DNA from: an uncultured Gemmatimonadaceae bacterium
Lineage (GTDB): Bacteria > Gemmatimonadota > Gemmatimonadetes > Gemmatimonadales > Gemmatimonadaceae
NCBI GenBank assembly: GCA_963843845.1
Contig: CAWJMB010000002.1
Coordinates: forward strand, 1,408,001-1,472,000
Reading direction: 5' to 3'
Length of the DNA stretch: 64,000 nucleotides
Part shown: piece by piece, positions 23,066-35,391 of the stretch
Position numbering within the stretch: position 1 is the first letter of the stretch
How the letters are laid out: each line of letters starts with the position of its first letter
Program-made: the position numbers and the translations under genes
The notes under the pieces: generated by a model
The model's input: the letters and a program-made list of their open reading frames with translations, nothing else
Database searches by the model: none
What the model was told of the DNA's origin: nothing

Positions 23066-24725
23066 TCACCCGCCGTCGTCGCCGGACGGCGCGGGGGGTG
23101 GGGTGTCGGTCGGCGCCGCCGCTTCACCCGACGTCTCGCTCTCCGCACCCGGACGACTCCCACGCCGTCGACCGCGACGGGACCGGCGCGCGCGCGGCGG
23201 TCCGGCGCCCGAGTCGTCGCCGACGCCGGCGCCCTCGTCGTCGCCGAGTCCATCAACGCCGTCGGCCGTTGGATCCGAATCGGATCGCGCGGGCTTCGGT
23301 CGCCCCGTCGCCGGTCGCTCGGTCGTTCCGCGCTCACTCGACACGTCGGCGGAAACGTCGCCGGCCGCATCGCCGGCCGCGTCGCCGGCAGCGTCGCCGC
23401 CTCCGTGGTCAGCCGGGCGCCGCCGCTTCCGGCCACGGCGGCTCCGCCGGGCGCGAACCTCCAGGCCGTCTCCAAGCTCACCTGAGTCGCTCTGCTCGCC
23501 GACGAGCTCGTGTCCGCCATGGGGTGGTGAGGCTTGAGCTGACAGCTCCGCGACACCATCCTGCGTGCCGCTGGCGTCGGCTGACTCGCTCGCGAGCGCG
23601 TCGGGTCGCGAGCCGCGTTTCTTTCGGCGCGACCGCGAGCGGCGGCGAGACGCCTCGGACGTGGCGTCCGGCGACGACCCCTCCAACGAGTCGGGTTCGG
23701 CAGGCGAGCGCTCGGCCCGCGGGCTCGCCGGCACTGCGTCGGTTCCGTCCATCGCGAGCGTGAGGCCGGGTCGTTCGTCGCGCGGGCGCCGTTCGCGCCG
23801 CTCCTTCCGTTCGGTCCGTTCGGTTGTGTTCGTCGCGGTCTCGCCGCGCACCGCTCCGTCCGCGTGGCTTCGCCCCTGCGTCGGGCGCGCCGGTCGACTC
23901 GACGACCTCCGCCTGCCCCGTCGAGCGGGCACCGAGGGGTGAGCTCGAGGCGGGCGTCGCCGTCACCCGGGTCGCGATCGGCCCACCGGGGAGCGTGCCG
24001 CCGCGCGCGCGCCACGCGAACCGGGCGAGCGTCCACGCATCAGCGAGCGGACGGATGCGCGACAGTCGCGCCCGCGCGTCGTAGCGCGGCGTGACGGCGA
24101 TGCTCTCGACGCGGCGCACGTGCGGGCGGAGCGCCAGGAGCAGCTCGGCGTTCGCCGATGCGGTGTCGGGGGCAGAGAGCAGTGGACGATCGCCCCGTTC
24201 GCGAAGCAGATCGCGTACGGCGGCGATGCGGATGAGCCGGTAGGTGCTCGTCAGCTCCGCGACACCATCGAGCTTGAGGAACGGGCGGAGCGCCCACCGC
24301 GCCGCGCGCCCGAAGCGACGTGCCGGCGTCGGATCACTCTCCGCGAACTGGCGCTCGGTGACGACCACGTCTGCGCCGCCCTCGAACCGCTTCAGCAGAT
24401 CGGGGATGTCTTCGGGGCGGTCGGTGAAATCGCCCTGCATGAGCACCATCGCGTCGCGCCGGGGGTACGGCGTGCGCTCGGCGACGTAGCGGGCGAGCTG
24501 ATCGACGGCGTAGGCGTAGCCCTGCCGGCGCGCGCCGCGGAGCACGGTGAGCGGCACGACGCGCTCGTAGGGCTCCAGCACCTCGGGCGTGACGTCGGTG
24601 CTGCCGTCGTCGTAGACGACGATCTCGTACTCGCGCGTGAGCTCTTGGAGGGCGCTGCGAATGCGCCAGAGCAGTACGCCGATCGTCGGCGCTTCGTCGT
24701 GAACGGGAATGCAGATGTAGAGCAC
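23066..24725 (-). CDS. GT2 (DPM1-like) glycosyltransferase with a long Arg-rich disordered tail (probable frameshift near 23840-23930)
   Basis: ICIPVHDE, YEIVVYDDGSTD, MQGDFTDRPEDIPDLL. The 23066-23932 frame encodes a tail with RRRSRSRRKKRG and RARRSRRGR blocks. Confidence 0.8.
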
Positions 24726-24929
24726 GAATGTCGGGCGGGAGCGCGGGAACGACGCGCGCGAAAGCTACCCGTACTGCCGGGGGCGCCGCCACGCCCGGAG
24801 ACGCTGCCGACCGGCGGCACGACGGCCGCGACGCTGCCGCGCATCGCGCGGTTGCGAGCGTCGACGACCGACCGGTAACATCCGCCACACCCACGCTGTG
24901 CTCGCCACGTATCGCCCTCGACTCCGGCC

Positions 24930-25496
24930 ATGTTCGACCAACTGCGCGCCTCGATCCGCACGCTGCTCGACAACGCCACCCCGCCGGCCGACCGCCGCGA
25001 GACGGTGTACGCGTTGAAGGAGGCGCTCGTGCACGCGAGGCTCGGCGTCGGCGATCTCAGAACGGCCGTCGCCGAGGCCCGCGCGCGTGCCGAGGCCGGA
25101 CGGGCGGAGCTCGACACGATCCGGCGGCGGAAGGCGCTCGCTGCCGGAATCCACGACGCCGAGACGGTGACGGTCGCCGAGCGGTTCGAAGCGCTGCAGG
25201 CCGAGCGCGTCGAAGTGCTCGGCCGAAAGCTGGACGCACAGGAGCGTGAGTTGGCGCTCGCCGAACGCGAGCTCGCCGAGATGAGCGCCGATTTCCGGCG
25301 TGCCGTCTCGGGAATCGACCGTGGTGCGCCGGCGATGGGCGGCGACCCACACCAGCACGCGGCGAACGCGGAAGTCGACGCGCTGCTCGGCGACGACGAC
25401 GGAATGGACCGCGAGCGGCGCGCCGCGGCACGTGCGCAGCGCTCCTCGGATGCCGACGCGCGGCTGGCCGAGCTGAAACGGCGGATGGGGAAGTGA
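24930..25496 (+). CDS. PspA/IM30-like coiled-coil protein
   Basis: Ala/Glu/Arg helical heptads; C-terminal DARLAELKRRMGK resembles PspA-family ends. Confidence 0.65.
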   Translation: MFDQLRASIRTLLDNATPPADRRETVYALKEALVHARLGVGDLRTAVAEARARAEAGRAELDTIRRRKALAAGIHDAETVTVAERFEALQAERVEVLGRKLDAQERELALAERELAEMSADFRRAVSGIDRGAPAMGGDPHQHAANAEVDALLGDDDGMDRERRAAARAQRSSDADARLAELKRRMGK

Positions 25497-27268
25497 GGCG
25501 ACGGGCAGTCCGCCGCCGCGTCGCGGTCGGCGTCGTCGGATTGACCGCGTCGCACGCTGGCGCGGTGCGAGCGCAGAGTCAGGACAGCGTGCCGCGCCGC
25601 ACGCCGATCGAGTGCAGCGGGCAGCGCGTGAGCGACGTCGTGGTCCTGACGCAGTCGCCCTACGCGAGCGCCATGCTGCGCCGCGTCGCGTTCGTCGAGC
25701 GGACCGTCCGCAAGCTCCACGCGACGACGCGCCCCGAGATCATCGAGCGCTTCCTGTTGCTGAGACGGGGCGACCGGTGCGACGAGCTGCGGCGCTCCGA
25801 GAGCGAGCGCATCCTGCGCACGCAGCCCTATCTCGTCGACGCGCGGATCACGCCGTACCCGGACGGACGCGGTGGCGTGATTCTCCAGGTCGAGACACGC
25901 GACGAGTTCTCGACGATCATCGCCGCCGCGGTCCGCACGCGGGCGCCGATCGTGACCGTGCTGCGGCTCGGCGAGGCGAATCTCGCCGGACGGGCGGTGT
26001 ACGTGTCCGGACTGTGGCGCGACAACGGCCCCGCCTATCGCGACGGCTACGCGGTCCGGCTGACGGACTACCAGTTCATGCGCCGGCCGTACCAGCTGAA
26101 CGCCTTCGCCGAGCGACGGCGGGTCGGCGAGGCGTGGTGGGCCGACCTCACGCACCCGTACTACACGGACCTGCAGCGCGTCGCGTGGCGTGCGGTCGTC
26201 GGCAACAGCAACGAGTTCCTCGAGCTCACCCGACCGCACACCCGTCCGAACGCCCTGTTCTATCGACTCGGCTACGCGTCGGTCGGCGCCGTGGGACGGA
26301 TCGGGGTGCCGGGGCGACTCAGCCTCTTCGGCGTGTCGATGTCGACGGAGCAGGTGAGCGCGGAGGCGCGTGTGCGCGTGCTCACCGATTCGGGCGTGGT
26401 GCCGGACGCCGGGCCGCCGCTCGGCTTCGCTCCGCGCGCGCGCTACCAGGATCAGCAGTCGACACGGCTCAACATGCTCTGGGGCGTGCGCAACGTGCGC
26501 TTCCTGGGCGCGACGGGGTTCGACGCGTTGACCGGCCGGCAGGACGTGCGGCGCGGCTTCCAGGTGGGGACCGTGTTCGGCCGCGGGCTCGCCGCGTTCG
26601 GCTCGCGCGACGACGACCTGTTCGTCGGGGCGGACGCGTACGTCGGCATGGGGAGCGCGCAGTCGTTCCTCGCCGGAACGGTGAAGGCGGAAGGGCGTCT
26701 CGACTACAACACGGACCGGTGGGAAGGCGTCGTCGTGTCGGGGCGCGCCGCATGGTATGTCGTGCCCGGGGCGCGCGTCCGGACGATCGCGAGCACGGAG
26801 TACGCCGGCGGCTGGCGCCCGCGCGTGCCGATGCAGTTCGCGTTGGGGGCGGTCGACGGCGGGGTGCGCGGCTACCGCGACGCACTCGTCGCGGGCGGGC
26901 AGCGGGTCGTGACGCGGCTCGAGCAGCGCGTGGTGGTCGGCGCGCCGTTCGGTCTCGGCGACGTCGGCGTCGCGCTGTTCGGCGACGCGGGGCGGACGTT
27001 CGCGAGCGACGCGCCCTACGGAGTGACGTCGCCGATGCGCGCCTCGGTCGGCGTCGGCCTGCTCGGGGCGTTTCCCCCGCGATCGCGGCGGCTGTTCCGC
27101 GTCGACGTGGCGGTTCCGTTGACGCGGGAGCCAGGGGCGAACCGATTTCAACTGCTCGTGTCGAGTCGGGATCTGACGAGGTCGTTCTGGCGCGAGCCGC
27201 GGGACGTGGAGCGCGGGCGGGAGCAGGCGGTGAACGCGTCGATCTTCAACTGGCCGACGCCGCGCTGA
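25493..27268 (+). CDS. Omp85/BamA-TamA-like outer membrane protein (POTRA-like domain + barrel)
   Basis: KLHATTRPEIIERFLLL..GD...ESERILR; GEANLAG; GGVRGY; ALFGDAG; ASVGVGL; RVDVAVP. Confidence 0.75.
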   Translation: MRRRAVRRRVAVGVVGLTASHAGAVRAQSQDSVPRRTPIECSGQRVSDVVVLTQSPYASAMLRRVAFVERTVRKLHATTRPEIIERFLLLRRGDRCDELRRSESERILRTQPYLVDARITPYPDGRGGVILQVETRDEFSTIIAAAVRTRAPIVTVLRLGEANLAGRAVYVSGLWRDNGPAYRDGYAVRLTDYQFMRRPYQLNAFAERRRVGEAWWADLTHPYYTDLQRVAWRAVVGNSNEFLELTRPHTRPNALFYRLGYASVGAVGRIGVPGRLSLFGVSMSTEQVSAEARVRVLTDSGVVPDAGPPLGFAPRARYQDQQSTRLNMLWGVRNVRFLGATGFDALTGRQDVRRGFQVGTVFGRGLAAFGSRDDDLFVGADAYVGMGSAQSFLAGTVKAEGRLDYNTDRWEGVVVSGRAAWYVVPGARVRTIASTEYAGGWRPRVPMQFALGAVDGGVRGYRDALVAGGQRVVTRLEQRVVVGAPFGLGDVGVALFGDAGRTFASDAPYGVTSPMRASVGVGLLGAFPPRSRRLFRVDVAVPLTREPGANRFQLLVSSRDLTRSFWREPRDVERGREQAVNASIFNWPTPR

Positions 27269-27274
27269 TCGCCG

Positions 27275-28864
27275 TCAGGCGCGCGTCGGCGACGTGGCCA
27301 TCATCTGTCGGATCGGCACGATCAGCGCCGCGATGATCGCCGCGGACACGAACAGCGCGACCGTCGTCCACGTGAACAGCGCGGGCGTCTGCTCGAGCTT
27401 CTCCGGGTCGACCCGCCCGCCGACCAGCCCGGCGATCAGGTTGCCGACCGACGTCGCGAGGAACCAGACGCCCATCATCTGCCCGACGAACTTGCGCGGC
27501 GCGAGCTTCGTCATCGACGACAGGCCGACGGGGCTGATCGACAGCTCACCGAACGTCTGGAAGAGGTAGCTCACGATGAGCCACCACGGCGAGACCTTCA
27601 GCGTGCCGCCGCTCTCGACGAGCGCGTTCGCCGCGATGATCATGATGCCGAACCCGAGCCCCGTGATCGCGAGTCCGAAGGCGAACTTCGCGGGGCTCGA
27701 CAGATCGATGCCGCGCCGGGCGAGCCCGAGCCAGAGCGCCGCGAACACCGGCGCGAAGATGATGATGAACGCCGAGTTCACCGACTGGAACGCGGTCGCC
27801 GGCACGTCGATGCCGAACATGCGGCGGTCGGTGAAGTCGCGCGCGAACAGGTTGAGCGACGTCGGTGCCTGCTCGAACGCGGCCCAGAAGACGGCGGCGA
27901 AGACGAACAGGACGAACACGACGGCGATGCGCTTCTTCTCGTCGCCGTTCAGCCCCGCGCCCAGGAACAGGTAGCCGAAGTAGAGCACGGCGATCGAGCC
28001 GAGGATCACGGTCATGCTGCGCGCGATCGTCGGGGCGTCGATCGTCACGACGCCGACCGCCGCGAGCACGACCGCGAGCGCGAGCAGCCCGAGCCCGGCG
28101 GCGAGCGCGACGGTCCCACGGCGGCGCTGTCGCGCGTCGGTCGCCGGGTCGGGGTGGCGCGACCGCTCGCTGCCTAACGATCCGAGCGTGCGAGGGGAGA
28201 AGACGCTGAACGTCAGCAGGCCGACGAACATCCCGATCCCTGCGACGCCGAACCCCCAGTGCCAGCTCACGTTCTCCCCGAGCGCGCCCGCGACGAGCTG
28301 ACCGAGGAACGCGCCGAGGTTGATCCCCATGTAGAAGATCGAGAAGCCGGCGTCGCGGCGCGCGCCCCCCTCCGGGTACAGATCGCCGACCATCGCCGAG
28401 ATGTTCGGCTTGAGGAGGCCGGTGCCGAGCACGATGAGGATGAGCCCGACGAAGAACGGCGTCTTGCTCACCGCGAACCCCGAGAGCCCGATCGACAGGT
28501 GGCCGAGGGTGATGAGCACCGCGCCGATGAGCACCGCGCGCCGCAGGCCGAAGAGCCGATCGGCGACCCATCCCCCCGGGAGCGACGAGAGGTAGACGCT
28601 CGCCGCGTAGATGCCGACGATCGGCGCCGCCTGCTCGCGCGCGAAGCCGAAGCCGCCGTCGGTGATCGCCGCCGTCATGAAGAGGATGAGCAGCGGGCGG
28701 ATCCCATAGAACGAGAACCGCTCCCACATCTCGGTCGTGAACAGCGTCGCGAGCCCGCGCGGGTGACCGAAGAAGCCGCGGTCGGGAACGCCCGGCGGGA
28801 GATCGGTCGTCGTCGCGCCGATCTGGTCGCGCCGCGTCGGGCGCTCGGGAACCGTTGCGCTCAC
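27275..28864 (-). CDS. POT/PTR proton-dependent oligopeptide MFS transporter
   Basis: [21 protein letters not shown] (ExxERFxYG), [27 protein letters not shown]. Confidence 0.95.
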   Translation of the reverse strand: MSATVPERPTRRDQIGATTTDLPPGVPDRGFFGHPRGLATLFTTEMWERFSFYGIRPLLILFMTAAITDGGFGFAREQAAPIVGIYAASVYLSSLPGGWVADRLFGLRRAVLIGAVLITLGHLSIGLSGFAVSKTPFFVGLILIVLGTGLLKPNISAMVGDLYPEGGARRDAGFSIFYMGINLGAFLGQLVAGALGENVSWHWGFGVAGIGMFVGLLTFSVFSPRTLGSLGSERSRHPDPATDARQRRRGTVALAAGLGLLALAVVLAAVGVVTIDAPTIARSMTVILGSIAVLYFGYLFLGAGLNGDEKKRIAVVFVLFVFAAVFWAAFEQAPTSLNLFARDFTDRRMFGIDVPATAFQSVNSAFIIIFAPVFAALWLGLARRGIDLSSPAKFAFGLAITGLGFGIMIIAANALVESGGTLKVSPWWLIVSYLFQTFGELSISPVGLSSMTKLAPRKFVGQMMGVWFLATSVGNLIAGLVGGRVDPEKLEQTPALFTWTTVALFVSAAIIAALIVPIRQMMATSPTRA

Positions 28865-29894
28865 GGAGAGGGGGCTTGAGGATGTGGGATGGTCGACGGC
28901 TGCTTGATGCACGCCGCCCAGTGCCCGGGTCGCTTCTCTTCGAGCGGCGGCACGATCTGCGTGCACGCCGCGTCTTTCGCCGGATGGAAGCAGCGAGGAT
29001 GGAAGACGCAGCCGCTCGGCGGGTTCGCCGGCGAGGGCGGGTCCCCCTGGAGCACGATCCGCTGGCGCCGGCCACCCGGCTTCGGCACCGGAATCGCCGA
29101 GAGCAGCGCCTGCGTGTAGGGCATGAGCGGCTCACGGTAGAGCGCTTCCGCCGTCGTGATCTCGACGATCCGGCCGAGGTACATGACGGCGACGCGATCG
29201 GCGACGTGCTCGACGACGCTCAGGTCGTGCGCGATGAAGAGATACGAGAGGCCCCGTTCGCGCTGTAAGTCGCGCAGCAGATTGATCACCTGCGCCTGTA
29301 CCGAGACGTCGAGCGCCGAGACCGGCTCGTCGCAGACGATGAGCTGCGGCTCGACGGCGAGCGCCCGCGCGATACCCACGCGCTGCCGCTGGCCGCCCGA
29401 GAACTCGTGCGGGTAGCGCGACGCGTACTCGGGGCGGAGGCCCACTTCGTCGAGCAGCTCGCGCACGCGGCGGTCGGCCGCGGCGCCCTCGGCGAGCTCG
29501 TGGATGGTGAGGCCCTCGCGCACCGTCGCCCCGATCGTCATGCGCGGGTTCAGCGAGGAGAACGGATCCTGGAAGATGATCTGCATGCGCCGCCGCATCC
29601 GGCGCAGGTCGCCCGAGCCCAACGTCAGCACGTCCACGCCGCCGAAGCGGACGGAGCCGCTCGTCGGCTCGATGAGGCGGAGGATGCAGCGTCCGGTCGT
29701 CGTCTTGCCGCAGCCGCTCTCTCCGACGACGCCGAGCGTCTCGCCGGGCATGACATCGAACGACACGCCCTGGACGGCGCGGACCGCGCCGCCCGCGCGG
29801 CCGAAGAACCCCTTCCTGATCGGGAAGTGCTTCGCGAGGTCGCGGACCTCGAGCAGCGGCGCGGTCGCGTTCGGCAGAGTCGATCGGTCGGCCG

Positions 29895-29898
<4 letters not shown>
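28861..29898 (-). CDS. Oligopeptide/dipeptide ABC transporter ATPase (OppF/DppF)
   Basis: [45 protein letters not shown]. Confidence 0.95.
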
Positions 29899-30917
<1,019 letters not shown>

Positions 30918-30927
30918 GGCGAAGAAG

Positions 30928-31764
30928 TTAGAGCTCGCGCGGGTCGAGCGCATCGCGCAGGGCGTCGCCGAGGACGTTGACGGCGAGCACGGTGAGGATG
31001 ACGAGCATCGCCGGCGCCGCCGTCGTCCACCAGGCGCCAGGGAGCGTCTCGAAGCCGTCCTGCATGATGCTCCCCCAGCTCGCCTGCGGCGGGGCGATCC
31101 CCAGACCGAGGTACGAGAGCCCGGCCTCGAGGGCGATGACGTTCGCCACGGCGAGCGTCGTCGTCACGAGCAGGAGCGGCACGAGCTGGGGCACGATGTG
31201 GCGACGCAGGATCGACACGCCGGGGGTGCCCAACGCGCGCGCGGCGTGGACGTAGTCGCGCTCGCGCAGCACGCGCGTCTGGTCACGCGCGAGGCGGCTC
31301 GTCGCGAACCAGCCCGTGGCGGCGAGGAGCACCACGAGCGTCGGGATCTGCACGCGTCCCCAGAGCGCGACGACCGCGAGGAGCAGCAGCACGCGGGGAA
31401 TGCCGAGGCACACGTCGACGGCCCGCATCAGCGCCGTGTCGACCGCGCCGCCGACCCAGCCGGCGAGGGCGCCGTACGCCGTCCCCACCGTCGACGCGAG
31501 GAGCGCCGAGGCGACGCCGATGCCGAGCGAGACGCGCGCGCCGTACAGCACGCGGCTGAGCACGTCGCGGCTGAACGAGTCGGTGCCTAACGGATGCGCC
31601 AGCGTCGGCGGCCGGTTCCTGAGCGCGACGATGTCGAGCTGCGCGTTCGGGTCGAACGCGGCGAGCCACGGCGCGGCCACCGCGACCAGCGTGAGCACGC
31701 CGAGCACGGCGAGGGCGACGAGGGCGACGGGGTCGCGTCGCAGGCGCACGAGCAGGACGTTCAC
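30928..31764 (-). CDS. Peptide ABC transporter permease (OppC/DppC; start uncertain)
   Basis: HPLGTDSFSRDVLSR, DYVHAARALG (EAA loop), EAGLSYLGLG, GDALRDALDPR. Confidence 0.93.
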   Translation of the reverse strand: MNVLLVRLRRDPVALVALAVLGVLTLVAVAAPWLAAFDPNAQLDIVALRNRPPTLAHPLGTDSFSRDVLSRVLYGARVSLGIGVASALLASTVGTAYGALAGWVGGAVDTALMRAVDVCLGIPRVLLLLAVVALWGRVQIPTLVVLLAATGWFATSRLARDQTRVLRERDYVHAARALGTPGVSILRRHIVPQLVPLLLVTTTLAVANVIALEAGLSYLGLGIAPPQASWGSIMQDGFETLPGAWWTTAAPAMLVILTVLAVNVLGDALRDALDPREL

Positions 31765-31771
31765 CGCGTGC

Positions 31772-32764
31772 TCATCCGGCGTCGCGAACGCGCGGGTCGA
31801 GCCGCGCATGCAGCAGCTCGGCCAGGATCGCGCCGAACGTCACGGCAGCGCTGCCGAGGATGACGACGCCGCTCACCAGCGGATAGTCGCGGCCCTTCAC
31901 TGCGCCGACGGCGAGCAACCCCATGCCGTTCCACGAGAACACCGACTCGATGAACACGACGCCCCCGACGACGGCCGGGAGCGCGAGCCCGGCGAGGGTG
32001 ACGACGGGGAGCAGCGCATTGCGGAGCGCGTGGTGGCGCAGCACGGCGCGGTCCGGAACGCCCTTCGCGCGCGCCGTGCGGAGGTAGTCCTCGCGCGCGA
32101 CTTCGAGCAGCGCGGCGCGCTGGTGGCGCGAGACGACGGCCATGAGGCCCAGCGCGAGCGTGAGCGCCGGGAGCGCGAGGTGCCGCAGGCGGTCGACGAC
32201 GCGCTCGCCGAACGTGAGGTAGTCGTAGGTGTCCGTCGTGATCGTGCCCGACGACGGAAGCCAGCGGAGCACGACCGCGAGTGGTACGACCAGCGCGACG
32301 GCGAGCCAGAAGTCGGGGACCGAGAAGAAGAACACGGCGACCGCGCCGACGGCGCGGTCGAGCGCGCGACCGCCCGACGTGCCGCGCGCGCGCCACGCGG
32401 CCTGCGCGACCCCCGACGCGATGCCGAACGCGAAGCCGAGCGCGAGCGCGGTGCCGACGAGGAGCAGCGTGTTCGGCAGCGCGCCGAGCAGCGCGTCGGT
32501 CACGGGTCGGTTCGCGGAGAACGAGTAGCCGAGGTTCCCGCGCGCGACCCCGGCGACCCACCGCACGTACTGTTCGGCGAGCGGGCGGTCGAGCCCGTAG
32601 AACGCGCGCCAGTACGTGCGCGTGCTCTCCGGAATGGTGTCGGCGCCCAACGCGGCGGAGACCGGATCGCCCGGCGCGAGGTGCAGCAGCACGAACGCCG
32701 CCGTCGCGGCGACCGCGACGACGAGCAGACCTTGGAGGAGTCGTCGCGCGACGAAGCCGACCAA
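31772..32764 (-). CDS. Peptide ABC transporter permease (OppB/DppB)
   Basis: APGDP, YGLDRPLAEQY, GNLGYS, DYLRTARAKG, HALRNALLP, LDPRV. Confidence 0.94.
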   Translation of the reverse strand: MVGFVARRLLQGLLVVAVAATAAFVLLHLAPGDPVSAALGADTIPESTRTYWRAFYGLDRPLAEQYVRWVAGVARGNLGYSFSANRPVTDALLGALPNTLLLVGTALALGFAFGIASGVAQAAWRARGTSGGRALDRAVGAVAVFFFSVPDFWLAVALVVPLAVVLRWLPSSGTITTDTYDYLTFGERVVDRLRHLALPALTLALGLMAVVSRHQRAALLEVAREDYLRTARAKGVPDRAVLRHHALRNALLPVVTLAGLALPAVVGGVVFIESVFSWNGMGLLAVGAVKGRDYPLVSGVVILGSAAVTFGAILAELLHARLDPRVRDAG

Positions 32765-34414
32765 TTACGGAACGCTCCAGTCGGCGAGGTGGGCCCACCA
32801 CGCGTCGGCGCGGAAGCCGGCGACCTGGATGCGGCGATGCACGCCGGCGACGAGACGCGGCTCGAAGAGCCAGATCGCCGGCGCGTCGTCGGTGATCGTC
32901 TGGTAGGCGTGCAGCCAGGCGCGCCGGCTCGCGGCGCGGTCGTAGGCGCCTAACGCGCTGTCGACCTGTGCGTCGAACGTCGGGCTCTCGTAGGCGCCGA
33001 AGTTCGAGCCCCCGGGGCGCGCACCCAACGAGCCCCACGTCTGCACGATCCCCCCCTGACTCGGCTCCGTCTGCCAGCCGCCCAACGCGGCGTCGAAGTC
33101 GCGCCCCCGCTGCCGCTCGGCGAAGGTGGCGATCGGGAGCGACTCGATCGTGACGTCGGCGCCGACGACGCGAAGCTGATCCCGGAGCGCGGCGGCCATC
33201 CGCTGCCGCGCGGGGCTCGACGAGGCGATGAGCAGCGTGAACGCGAGGCGCGTCCCGCCGCGGGCGCGGACGCCGTCGCCCGCGTCGCGCCAGCCGAGCG
33301 AGTCGAGCATCGCGCGCGCGCGGGCGACGTCGGACGGCAGCGGGCGCAGCGACTGCCAGTCCGGGAACAGCGCGCGCGTGACGGGACCGACGCCGACGAG
33401 CGCGAGCGAGTCGTACGCGCTGGTGACGAGCCGACCGCGGTCGACGGCCGTGGTGAGCGCGCGGCGCAGCGCGCGGTCGGCGAACAGCCGGTGCGGCCCG
33501 CCGCCGCCGTTCGGGTCGCGCAGGTTGAACTGCACGAAGCCGTAGTCGAGCGACGGGTAGAAGACGAGCCGCAGCGTGCGATTCCGCGCGAGCTGCCCGA
33601 GGTACTCGGGGCGCATCGCGTCGAGCACGTCGGCGGTGCCGTTCACGAGGTTGATCGTCGCCGCCCCCATGTCGGACGCGACGAGCCACGTGAGGCGATC
33701 GAGGCGCGCCCGTCCTCGGTAATTCTCCTCGTCGGACTCGAGCTCGATGCGCGCGCGCGGCGTCCAGCGTCTGAAGCGAAAGCGTCCACTGCCGATCGGC
33801 GCGCGCGAGAACGGCGACGCGCCGAGGCGGTCGCGCGGGATGCCGCGCAGCAGGTGCGCCGGGAGGACGTAGAGCTCGTACGTCGCGTCGAAGAACTGCT
33901 GCGGCGTGCGACGCTTGTACCAGAACGTCACCGAGACCGAGTCGGCGGCCGTGACCGAGTCGATGTTCGCGAGCAGCGCGGCGGTCGGCGATCCGACCGC
34001 CGGGTCGGTGTAGACCTCGAAGCTGAACCGCACGTCGGCCGCGGTGACGGGGATGTCGTCGTGCCACCGCGCCGTCGGGTCGAGGGTGAACGTGATCGAC
34101 AGCGAGTCGGGCGCCCACGTCCACCGACGCGCGAGGCGCGGGGTGAAGCCGGCGTCGCCGATCGTATTCAGGGAGTCGCCGATGTCGGCGAGGCGGTCGA
34201 AGAGCTGGCCGACGATCGCGTTGCCGGGCGCGCCGCTGACGAGCGGCGGGAAGAGCGTCGCCGGCTCGGTCGCGGTCGAGACGACGACCGAGCCGCCGGT
34301 CCGGGCGCGACCATCCGAGCCGCCCCCGGAATCCGAGCAGGCGAGCACGAGCGCGACGACCGCGGACGCGACGAGCGCGAATCCGGCCGGACGAAGGGAG
34401 CGAGACGAGTTCAC
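32765..34414 (-). CDS. Peptide ABC transporter substrate-binding lipoprotein (OppA/DppA; alternative start 34510)
   Basis: Lipobox LVLAC; LARRWTW...WHDDIPVTAADVRFS, PIGSGRF, LRRALTTAVDR. Confidence 0.92.
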   Translation of the reverse strand: MNSSRSLRPAGFALVASAVVALVLACSDSGGGSDGRARTGGSVVVSTATEPATLFPPLVSGAPGNAIVGQLFDRLADIGDSLNTIGDAGFTPRLARRWTWAPDSLSITFTLDPTARWHDDIPVTAADVRFSFEVYTDPAVGSPTAALLANIDSVTAADSVSVTFWYKRRTPQQFFDATYELYVLPAHLLRGIPRDRLGASPFSRAPIGSGRFRFRRWTPRARIELESDEENYRGRARLDRLTWLVASDMGAATINLVNGTADVLDAMRPEYLGQLARNRTLRLVFYPSLDYGFVQFNLRDPNGGGGPHRLFADRALRRALTTAVDRGRLVTSAYDSLALVGVGPVTRALFPDWQSLRPLPSDVARARAMLDSLGWRDAGDGVRARGGTRLAFTLLIASSSPARQRMAAALRDQLRVVGADVTIESLPIATFAERQRGRDFDAALGGWQTEPSQGGIVQTWGSLGARPGGSNFGAYESPTFDAQVDSALGAYDRAASRRAWLHAYQTITDDAPAIWLFEPRLVAGVHRRIQVAGFRADAWWAHLADWSVP

Positions 34415-34491
34415 GAGCACGAGACGAACGAGAGACGCAGGCGTCAGCGAGCGGGAAGGGTCGGGAAGGGTCGCGAAGGGTACGGCAGCGG

Positions 34492-35298
34492 TCAGCGTCG
34501 CCAGGTCCATGCCGGATCGCGGTAGCGATCGCGTGCGGCGCGCATCGTCGCGCACAATCTGTCGTCGAGGGCGAGCGGTGTGGGTCGTGCGCCCTCGATC
34601 GCCGCGATCGCCTCGCCGATCGCGTCGGCCACCTCGCGCAGCGCCGGCGCGCGGCCGAGGAGCGCGCGGAGCGTGGCCGGGGCGGGAATGGAGAGCGCGG
34701 GCGTCGTCGACAGCGACGCGACGAGCGACTGGTCGTCGTCGATCAGGATCGAGCCGTGCTGCAGGAGCGCGCCATCGTGCTGCCACTGGGCGCTGCCGAC
34801 GAGCTTCGCGACGCGGTCGTCGACGTCCACCACGAGCTCGCCGCCGGTCGGTGTCTCGAAGCAGGGGCTCGCCTCGGGGCGCGGCGCGCGCGCCGTCGGC
34901 ACCGCCTCGCGCGCGCCGGCGCCGAGCGAGCGGAGCGCGGCGACGAGCCAGCGATTGATGCGGGCGTACGCCACCGCGAGCGGCGCCCCGGCGGGTGCGA
35001 GCGCGCCGATCGGTGCGGCGACCGCGTAGGTGATCTCGCGGTGGTGGAGGACGGCACGCCCGCCGGTCGGGCGCCGCACGACGGCGAGGCCATGCGCGGC
35101 GAGCGTCTCCGGCGCGTAGAGCCCGGCCGCGCGCTGGTTCCGGCCGAACGACAGCGTCGGCGCCGACCAGGCATAGACGCGGACGACGCACTCGGCGGTG
35201 TCGCGCGCGTGTGTCATGAGCGCGTCGTCGAGCGCCATGTTGTCGGCGCCGTCGCGCGCGGCGGTCACGAGGAGTCGGAACGGCGGCAGCGGTCGCAC
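34492..35298 (-). CDS. Single-domain lipoate-protein ligase family protein (LipM/LplA-like)
   Basis: NMALDDAL, PTLSFGRNQ, VRRPTGGRAVLH, KLVGSAQ, LQHGSIL. Confidence 0.9.
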   Translation of the reverse strand: MRPLPPFRLLVTAARDGADNMALDDALMTHARDTAECVVRVYAWSAPTLSFGRNQRAAGLYAPETLAAHGLAVVRRPTGGRAVLHHREITYAVAAPIGALAPAGAPLAVAYARINRWLVAALRSLGAGAREAVPTARAPRPEASPCFETPTGGELVVDVDDRVAKLVGSAQWQHDGALLQHGSILIDDDQSLVASLSTTPALSIPAPATLRALLGRAPALREVADAIGEAIAAIEGARPTPLALDDRLCATMRAARDRYRDPAWTWRR

Positions 35299-35391
35299 GC
35301 GAGGAAGCTACCGGCGCTCTGCGAGCGGAGAAACCATCGGCGCGCCGGTTAGCTTTACCGGTTGAACCCTTCCGGCCTTCGCTCCTTTCGC

